Program-made: the position numbers and the translations under genes
Notes under the pieces: generated by a model
The model's input: only the letters and a program-made list of their open reading frames with translations
Database searches by the model: none
What the model was told of the DNA's origin: nothing
DNA from: Pocillopora damicornis
Lineage: Eukaryota
Direction: 5' to 3'
Assembly: GCF_003704095.1 (NCBI RefSeq)
Contig: NW_020844379.1
Location: 1 to 64,000 of the forward strand
DNA length: 64,000 bases
Part shown: one piece after another, positions 49,653 to 59,317 of the stretch
Position numbering within the stretch: the first letter of the stretch is position 1
How the letters are laid out: every line of letters begins with the position of its first letter

Positions 49653-52600
49653 ATGTCAGAAATGGATTTAGTCGATGTTGATATGATGGAACCGTAAGTT
49701 TTCGTTTAAAATAACTACGAAATATGTTTTAAAATATACCGATAAACTTGTGGCCCGGTTGTTTGAAGATTGGATAACGCTATCCACTGGATAAAACTCT
49801 ACCAGGTGAATAACGCTAAACGTTTAGCTATCACTTATCAGCCGCATAGCGATTTATCCGTTGCATAGCGTTATACGCCCTTTATACAACTGGGTTATGT
49901 CCTTGTGTGAGGTTTATTGCAGAATCATGATCGTGTAATGATCTTTAAATATTACAAAGTTAGCCATTTATCGCTGGGAAATAACTCAATAACCTCTTTT
50001 TTGCCCAAACGCAAGAATCCGTTAACTGGCAACTCGCTTCTTACCTTACATATGCATACCTCAATACCTCTTAGCAGTAATCTGTTTAAGAATAGACTGA
50101 GAAAACTTTATCTGAAGGAAAATTACGGGGGCTGCGTGGTTCAATTTACGCGTCATAATCACATAGCGATCGCTATCATGACGTCATAAAACAATGATGA
50201 CCAACCAATCCAGTAATTGATTTTTCTGATGCATTGGAAATCTGTTTTGATAATTGAACTGCATGCAATTTAACCTTGTTTGGTAAGTAGACCTCTTATT
50301 ATCATTTGAAGTTTGAAGAGAGTTGATCGTTTTTATTCAACAAATAAAGAAGCCGTGACTGTGCTCTGTCCTGTTGCAAAGCACACAGCTAGTGGATAGA
50401 GCTTGAAGAGGGAAACATAGGACGTCGTCGAGTGTTTCTCCCTACTTCTTGAGTGCCAGGTTCCCAGGTTCTTCCTCGTCAAAATTGTTCAACAATGCGA
50501 TTGTTTGAATAGGACCAAAGCTGTCAAAAATGTCAAACCATCAAAGTTCACGATCTGCGATACAGTCAAACCTATATAAAGCGAAAAACGGCAAGGTGAC
50601 CCCTAAATGCAGGTTGACCGCTTAACATAAGTTCCACAGATAAAAGGATGAAAATTCAAGAATAAAAAACGCCATTTTATCATGCTTATGCCATAATTGA
50701 TCTTAACATACAACCATTAGCTGTGACTGATGTGGACTTCCACCCAACGCATCGGGAAGGATATCAGAGCAAGCTGAGCAAGCTTTTAGTTTTCACTCGA
50801 AGGGCGGACGGTGTAATTTCTGAGGCTTGTTTCGCTGCAATGACCGGAGCCGCGATGGATGAAGGCATGATCGCAATCGCTCAGACACCATCATGATTTC
50901 TAAGTTATGCCGGTTTGGTTATATTTTTCATCATGAGTGTTTTGTTCTGTTTTGTTTTTGAACACTAGACTATATATATCATACGAATGTTAGCTGTGAT
51001 TGAGTTTCATTACCGTACGCAAGCTTACAATCAAACTGAGCGTCAAAACCATTAAAACTCGGACTGTCGATTTCGTTTTCTCTTTGGTGATTTTCGTCTC
51101 TGCTCACGTTATAATAACGTCAATTACGGCGCCTAGCATGTTTAAAAACTTTTGTTTGGTTCCTCTGTTCCTACTTGCCAGCTCGCGAAATTTCATTTTC
51201 AATTAACGAAAAAAAGTTAGAGAGAAGTCCGGAAAACGGACGGACAAGGTACAAATTGGCAAATGGTGTGACAGCTTCAGCTCAGCTCCGTTTTTTTGTA
51301 CTGTGATAAAATACGCCCTTTCAACAAATTTCAGCTCGCTTTTTATCGGAACTTTATCATAAATAGATTAATTATTTTTTGCGGCATTTTACCATTCAAA
51401 GAGTTTATACATTGGTGGGGGTATATCAAGATAGTTTGGTTCTATTAACTGAGTTGATAATGTAAATTGGCCACTGAAAAAGCTAACATTTCGAACATTC
51501 GCCCTTTACCATTCGCCCTGGGGAACGGCCAATGCTCGAAACGTCAGCTCTAGAAACTCTTTACGGTGGCCAGTTTACATCGTAAACTCCGTTGAAGAAA
51601 CTCAAAAAAGAAAATTGTTTGTTTTAAAGAAAAGACGGACTTAGAAAAAGCGTCAGTTTTTTAGACTGCTCTGATCAGACCAACATCAGTTACCTTTCTT
51701 ATCATTCCATATCAACTAGAGCAGTACATTTGTCCAGTTATACGACACTCTCGACAAATATCTAATCTATCTGAAAAAGCAAGTTCCCTCTTGTGAGCCA
51801 GTGCCAAAATGTAAACGGTTTAAAGTCAAGTAAAGCTGTCTCCCTAGTAATCAATAACTAAGTTTAGCAGTGGAAGAAATGTGATTTGCGAAAGGACGCC
51901 AATCTTATTGTAAAGCAACAGTCCAGCTCTATCTATCACATGACTCGGAGAGTAGACAGTAACAGCACATTTACTTTTAACATGGTAATGCTTTGTTAAA
52001 GAGCAATTAAACTTTTAACCTGGGGGAAAGTCATCATTTTTTTTCGGTCTTCTACGCTGGAGTGTGAATTACGCATCAGAAATGGGGAAAATATTGTTCG
52101 CTCTCATTCTATCGCGGATAGTTTCACTTTGCTTTCGCTTTAAGGTCGCTTGAACACGCTAAAAACCAAATGACACCTATACTTCAGGTCGATGAAATGT
52201 TCATCGTTGTTTCGCATAATCATTGAGCAACTGAAGCACTGTCTTTTAAATTCACCTGTGCTCTTACAGGGTTAATTTTGGTTTAATTCATGTCATTTCA
52301 GTGGACCCTTAGTAACCGTGAAACAAATGAAAATTTCAAAAATAAGCCAAAGGGAACGATAAAATAAAAACTAAAAAAAAACGGAAATAAAAGGGGAACA
52401 AACTCGGAGCGTTACAGTTGAATTTTTCTTTTGTTTATTTACAAGAAATCAACTGACGCTTAAGTTTCCAAACAATTGCTGAATAAATGTCAATTACGGG
52501 CAGAGCGGAGTGTTTCTTCGTAACAAAGTGAAGTGACGCTTTCAGCTGGTACCTGTGAAGTGAGAAAAATGAACAGGTTGTTTGACTTTGTCTTTGAGCA

Positions 52601-55266
52601 GCTGTAAAATGATGATCGGGAAAGTAAGATTGGAGCAGCAGTTTAAACAAGAGGAGGAGAGGAGTACAGAAGAAACGATTTCAGAAGATCAAAAAATTAA
52701 AAGGGAAAGTACAGCAATTGAAATAGAGAGCGAGGAAGAGTTGTACGGATTGGCTCTCATACTCCGTAACACAGAAGACGCCGCCAAAAAGAGCCGTGAT
52801 TTGACAGGGATACCAGATAAAGAGCGGTCTGATGATCATGAAAGCAGTAGAGGAGAGAAAACAAATGGACCGTCTGAAAACAAAGAGAAAGCCTGTTTAA
52901 GATGTTGTCAAAATATTAACAGAAGCCTCATTATTTACAAAAGTTTTTACTTCTTTTTCTTTTCGGCTGTGGGTTCTTTATTTCCTTATCTCGCAGTGTT
53001 TTATAAACAGCTATGGCTTTCCGCCCATGAAACAGGAATACTGATCGGAATCAGACCATTGATTCAGCTTTTCGGAACGCCTATGTGGGGAGTCATCGCA
53101 GATACATACAAGAAAAGCAAAGTGATCTTTGTGGTGTCACTAGTTGCATGGTTGGTATCGAACTATTCCTTGTCTCTCGTATCTCCTGTTTTTCATTTGG
53201 GCGTTTGCAATGATAACGCTACCTTAACAATCATCCAAGAAATTATGAAAGAAATGAAAAACAGAACGATCTCACAGAAGAATAACACAACTCATCATAA
53301 ACATTCTACGCATAAACCCTCCATACCTCTTTCAGCAAACTCTGGAAATTCTAGTAATCATTGGTTTGAGATAGTCAGGAAAGAGAGGGCAAAACATCCT
53401 TCGAAGCGAAACGCAGGTCAACCATTGAAGTATACACTTCAAAACAAAGTAAACAAAGTGCTTCAGGTAAATTATCATGTAAACATTTTGTACGATTTGA
53501 TGGAAAAAACCGACAGTACTTTGGTTTCTAAAAGAGGAATCAAACAGATACATCGATTTTTAGACAGATCAACACTCCATACAAGTAGCCCCCCGATAGT
53601 GAACAAGTCAATGGTTCGTAAGCGAAGTGTTTATAAAGGAAGATTTCTTCATGCGTCACTCAACGATAATCAAAGAGGGAGCAATAACAAACGTCTAATC
53701 ACAATAGGACAGTGCTTCAAATCGGGCAGTGATGAACAAAGGTTACGCCGAGCCAGCTTGGATAAAAGCGCACTGATGTCCAAACCAGATATCTTAACAC
53801 TTTTCATGAATTCAAGTAGTATCAACGAGGACGGGGTTTTCATTCAATTTTACAGCGGATGGATGGAAAGAGTTTTCGACTCCCTGAACATGGCTGGGGA
53901 GTATCCATGGCCTCTGGACACAGTGGCGGACTATGAGTCAACACAGGAGGCACATGAGTGGCTAAATCCACATGATCATGACTTGTTTACCATCCTGTTT
54001 GTTATCACAGCTACTGGTACACTGATTGCTGCACCAGCTATTACCTTAGCTGACACTGCCACACTGCAGAAGCTTGGTGAGTATATTGAAGTTGTCGATA
54101 TTCAAAAATTTTCTTGATTATTTCTTTTGGGAACATACGTAAACTTTGTTGTGATACCTTGTTTTACTTCTGAGTAGATTTTTTGGGTAAAGCAATGAAA
54201 TACGTTATTGATATCACAACACTACTGATAACATGTATAAGTAATAGTGGTGGTACTAGTGGTAGTAGAAGTAGTCATAGTAGTAGTAGTAGTGATCGTG
54301 ATCGTGATCGTGATCGTGACCGTTATTATGATTGTATGTTTTCCTTCGTAAGGTAACAGGCCAGAGGACTACGGCAAGCAGCGTTTATGGGGAGCGTTTG
54401 GCTGGGGACTAGCAGCCTTTATTGTTGGATCAAGTCTAAGCACAGTTGAGGAACTGAGTAACTGTAACAATCCTTTGAGTGTAGATTACCTGCCATGCTT
54501 TTACGCTTTTGCGTGTCTAATGGGCGTGGCTGTCTTGATTGGTGCTTTGTTTGAGTTTGACGAAAAAGAGTTACACGAAAGTAGCATCTGGCAAGGGCTT
54601 GCATTGTTGTGTGACTGTCAATATATATACTTCATCTTCACAATTCTGTTCTGTGGAAGTGCACTGGGCTTTATAGAAACTTTCTTGTTTTGGCATTTGC
54701 AAGATTTAGGCGGTACACAGTTCTTGTTCAGTACCATCACTGCCATCCACTGTATTTCTGAGGTGGCAGTTTACAGTTTTTCTGGTACGTTCATCAAATG
54801 GCTAGGGCATCACCGGGTTTTGTACGTTGGACTTTCATGCTATATAATCAGATTTTTTGGCTATGCCCTTATAACAAACAGCTGGGTGGTACTACCTTTT
54901 GAGATCCTTCACGGCTTGTCCACAGCAGCCGTATGGTCAGCGGCCGTCGTCTTCGTGGGACTCATTCCCGGGGCGCCTGCAACAATGCAGGGAATTCTTG
55001 GTGGTGTGCACTGGGGTCTGGGTAATGGTGGTGGAGGAGTGCTCGGTGGATTATTAATCACTTACGCTGGTGCTACCACCTCTTTCCTCATATTTGGAGT
55101 AATCAGCATAGTAGACTTGAGTTTATTCATACTTTTGAACAACATGGAATTTTTCAACTGTTTTGAGTGGTCCAAAGGGAGTGGTACACAATCAGAGTAT
55201 AGTCCAGTAGAAGATGAAGCCTATAAAAATGAAAAACTAGAACCAGATTATGACGATCTTTACTGA
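49653..55266 (+). CDS. MFSD6: MFSD6-like MFS transporter, paralogue 7 (~809 aa, very large luminal loop)
   Basis: Exons 52602-54076 and 54353-55266 join in phase 1 (LQKL-G|NRPEDYGKQRLWG). Tentative first exon 49653-49693 (MSEMDLVDVDMMEP, phase 2, cc|gtaag) fits the acceptor at 52602; otherwise the start is ATG 52609. Confidence 0.82.
49752..49894. mobile_element. MITE-like element, copy 2 (inverted relative to 33204-33344)
   Basis: Reverse complement aligns with 33204-33344 along its whole length with few mismatches. Confidence 0.75.
51437..51602. repeat. Imperfect palindromic repeat resembling Penelope/retrozyme-type elements with a decayed hammerhead core
   Basis: Outer arms aactgagttgataatgtaaattggccac / gtggccagtttacatcgtaaactccgtt; inner arms agctaacatttcga / tcgaaacgtcagct. 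Confidence 0.5.
54242..54319. repeat. Compound microsatellite (tag)n + (gtgatc)n in an intron of paralogue 7
   Basis: Directly visible. Confidence 0.8.
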
Positions 55267-58200
55267 ACATTTTATTTTGCAGTTCTCTGAGCTGAGTTTG
55301 TTCAACTGTACCAAGATGAATATCATTTACTACATTATCACAAAGCATCTGATCCAAAATGAAATAAGCTTAGATTGAATTAACACTAGCGTAATAGAAA
55401 GCAGTAAACTGTACTGAAAATTTTCCATGAGCAGGCTTTACTCTTGGTGTAGTCTCGAACAAAACGACCATAATCGTTTTAGAGCTTTCATTTTGATAAA
55501 TTTTGATTAGTTGACATGTTTTGCACTTTGAATACATTGTAATCCTACACGGGAAAACATTGTAATAACGCAAGAATAGCACGAGAACGCAAGTCAGGGT
55601 ACAGCGTGTTAACTATTACTCGCCCCAGAAGTCTTAAAAACCATGTAATCTCCTATCGTTATCTTTTCGATGAAAGAATGGTACCGAAATGTGGTCAAAG
55701 AATCTGAGTTTGCTGGAAGGAACTATGGTAGATTCTGTTACTGTAAATGTTCGAACCGATAAGCTGTTCCTCTTGCTCACACCTAACGCGGATGAATTAA
55801 GAACTGCGAGTCAGATTAGCGGTATGAATAGTTGGACTTGGTTCCTATAGTTACAATAATCTAAAACTTCCTTCACCTCTCCGACTGTTGTAAGCAGCGG
55901 CCTCCTGCTGACAATGACCAAACAGACAATGGACTAAATTAACATCCTTTACATTAAGCTACAATGGTTAGAACAAAAAGCGCTCCCAAAAAGAGTAAAC
56001 TCCTACCTGCGTAAAATTCGAATAGAAACTTAGCTAAGTTAAAAAAATAGCCCAGTGTTACTCAGGAAAACCACAGAGACACACACCCACGCTACGGCTT
56101 TGTGGCCCAATCCACTCCCTTGGAATTAGTTCAGGGGACCTCAGGAGTACACTATCTGATAGCCATGTCCCTGCAGACCACTGTGATAACTCACATTGCA
56201 CAGTCAAACAACTGCCACAAAGTAGTTCATGTACTAGTCATCATAAAAAAGACAGCAGGAGGTGGTCCGAAATATCGACCACGCGACAACGCGAACAATT
56301 ATTTCGAGCATACCAGCATGGAAAAACATGTGGGAATATCATATCCCAATTGTTTTCTTCGTTCACGGATAGGCAAACTATCAATACTAACAAAGAATTT
56401 ATTTTCGAAGACATGTCAAATTGTAATGTTCCCCATGGAGTTAACCCCGAAATTCGCCTTTTCTATTTCCAACAGACAACGACGAGTTGTCTGTTGCAAT
56501 AGTGCAGCCACGAGGAAGAAAATTACGGAACAAAGTTTGGGGTGCCTTCCGGGGGTCCTGAGTTTTACATCAGGGATATTATGAAAAGGATATAAATAGG
56601 TATGCATAACGTACATGAGGATAGTGCTGTAAGAGCGGTAGCATATGTTAGATCACGTTAGTCTTTGACTAAGTGCCATGTTGCATGAATTCAACTGGTT
56701 TTCCTTGCTTGTCCTCTTTCAGGAAGATCACGATGTCTTTTGCGCTATACATAGGTTTCAGTAAAACATGACCACACCTGTTAGGGAACTTGCTGTAGTT
56801 TTACACCGTAGTGGTCATGTACGAATGACAATAACTCTTAGGTGCCGAAAAAAAAATCATAATTTCAAGTGATAAACTGTATAAATATTGGTAGCCCCCG
56901 ATGTAGCTATTTCATGAGCTTTGGTGAATCGGCCGCATGAGTTTCTTCCCCTTCAACTTCTTGTGATACTCTTGGTGTTTCGGTCTTGTCCCCAGCGTAA
57001 AATCTATTTTAATGAAACTCAAGACGTTAGCTTCAGGCAGTGAGATGAAACAAGGAAGGGTAACTTTTCCCATTATCATCAATTTATCTCTTTCCTTTAA
57101 ATTTGCCCCAGAAAACTACATAAAGCGTGAAAATCTATAATCACCGCTGGAAATAAATAGATTCCACACGTAATAATTTTAATTTTCTGTTCCCACTCCC
57201 CATTCTTGCAGAATTTTTCCCACAAAAATCCCCACAAAATAAGCATTGACTTAAAATTGTACCTGTAAAATCTTTCAAATGCGGAACTGTACTTGAGAGG
57301 TCAGTTTGGAAACACGTTTTGCACGAACATCAAGTTCCGCAGGTAAAAGAGGCAAAAACAACATCATTAATGCATCAGCAAAAACTCACTCAGGCAGATC
57401 ACTTTCGCTGTCAAATTTTGCCTTTGGTTTAAGCCTTTCCCAATTGCATGCATTTGATTTTTTTCCCTCGAGAGAGTACTACAACTAAAATTCAAATTTT
57501 AATATTTAATAGTTGACTGCTGACTTTGTTTACAAATACTACGATCCTCTAGAATTTTCAATATTACATAAATTCTAAACACCTAAAGCAATGAGCATTC
57601 TCCATGGGTCATTTAAACAGATTACAAAATGAGATTACTGCGAATTCTCTTAGCAGTGACAACCACTTAAATACAAAAAACGTTTCAGAAGAAACGTTTG
57701 AACCTTTGTTCTTCAAGGCAAAGTTTCAGCTTAACGTCTGTCAATCACTTTAAGAGGAAAATTTTTTACAGGCTTGGCCATATTATGAGTAAGGCCAGCA
57801 CCACACGTTCATGCTAACAGTTCAATAAAGTTTAAACTCAGAGCTGTTTTTCCCCTCTAAACAAAATAAAAGTCGTAAAACCATAGATTTCGACTACTAC
57901 TGTACTACACCCTAAAGAATTCCGCCAGTTTAGTAACGTAAGTTAATCCATCGTGAAACATAGAAGATAACAAAACCATAAAATCAAAATAACCATATAA
58001 CTTGCGTGTAGTAAAAGTCCCAAAATAGGAATTAACATCTACACACACCGAACTGACATATTATGCAAGAGTTAAGGTATAGTTTACGAACCTTGGAGAA
58101 CGGCAATGCACTTTGCTGCGGATCGGCTTAAAATTTACCTACTCCGATAACTAATAATTCCTTTACGTCTTACCAATATATTAAGTTACCTTACCACTTA

Positions 58201-59317
58201 ATCTTGAAAAGATAAAGGTGGCTAATGTAAATGCCTTATTATTTGTTCAATATTGTATACCTATAATATATTCTGTGGCGAAATGAACGTGTCAATCTCC
58301 TATGATTACGAAGGACTTCAGTTCAGTGACAAACAGTTATTTTGGCTACAAGAGGAATTAAATCCAGCACACCACATAATATGCAAATAAACAGTTGACG
58401 GTTAAAAGTGCAAATAATTTAAAACCTTTTTGTCGTAAAAAGTATTTCTATTCCTTAGTTTCAGCCCGGACAACCGTCTTAAAATCAGAAAACATTACGA
58501 CCGCTTTATCTCACATTCGTTGTAATCCTTAAAAAAAAAACAAGGCGGTATATAAAAATTAAAACAAATAACGGCGAGTAAAATAAAGCCCCCAATAACG
58601 TTCAATAAATACCCAAAGGCCATGGACACTTTTAGAGCACATTGTGGCAATTTTTCCAGTACGAAGAACAAACCACACAGTGAGCGGCTTCTTTGAATAA
58701 TACAATACAACACTCTACGCAAAGAAAAGAGATTTTGTGAGTCGTGCGTGCCATGCCTTTTACCTACTTCAGTTTTGTTTGATCGGCATCGACAAAAAAT
58801 ACGCATCTGCAGTACGATTCTCGAGTTTGGCCAAATGGATGACAGTTCAGCCCTCTTAACTATTCCCTGAGGTTAACTCCGGCGAGTGCCAGGTTTTAGC
58901 ATATGCTGTATAGTGCCCCCCCCTGCTGGGACAAACTAAGACAATGCATATGGATCAAGAGCATAGTGCTTTGAAAAACTGAAACTGTTTACCACATCTA
59001 CATTTAGCTAAATTGTCAACACAGGTTAAATCCTGCACCGACTAACTCCCGATTAAAACTGAACTGTCAGAAAATTGACGTAATGAAAGACAAAACTTTT
59101 GGTCCCTCTTAAGCCTGGGAAAAGAGCTTCGATTCTGAAGAGAATTACGTTCACTTCTCTCATTTTGTTTCGGGGTGGGTCTTCTGAGCAAGGATACGAA
59201 AACCTTTATATTCCATCCCCCTGGACTACAAGAGTGGACCCATCCTGTACGATTTCAACATACGTCAATTTTTCACGACTCCTTTCCTCGACTGTCTCCA
59301 AGGTTCGTAACTAGCCC

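Noticed and set aside
50345-51362. Fragments resembling other coral interspersed repeats and a transposon end
   Set aside because: Recognised only vaguely from memory, with no second copy or clear boundaries in the window.
40-52260. Recurrent CAGGTG/CACCTG E-boxes near several genes as a shared regulatory code
   Set aside because: The number seen is about what base composition predicts for a 6-mer in 64 kb; enrichment cannot be shown by eye.
55600-57460. Coding-looking minus-strand stretches between MFSD6-7 and STAT, and ORF 56102-56584
   Set aside because: Minus-strand frames are broken by stops, there is no recognisable domain and no consistent splice model. It could be a pseudogene but I cannot support that.
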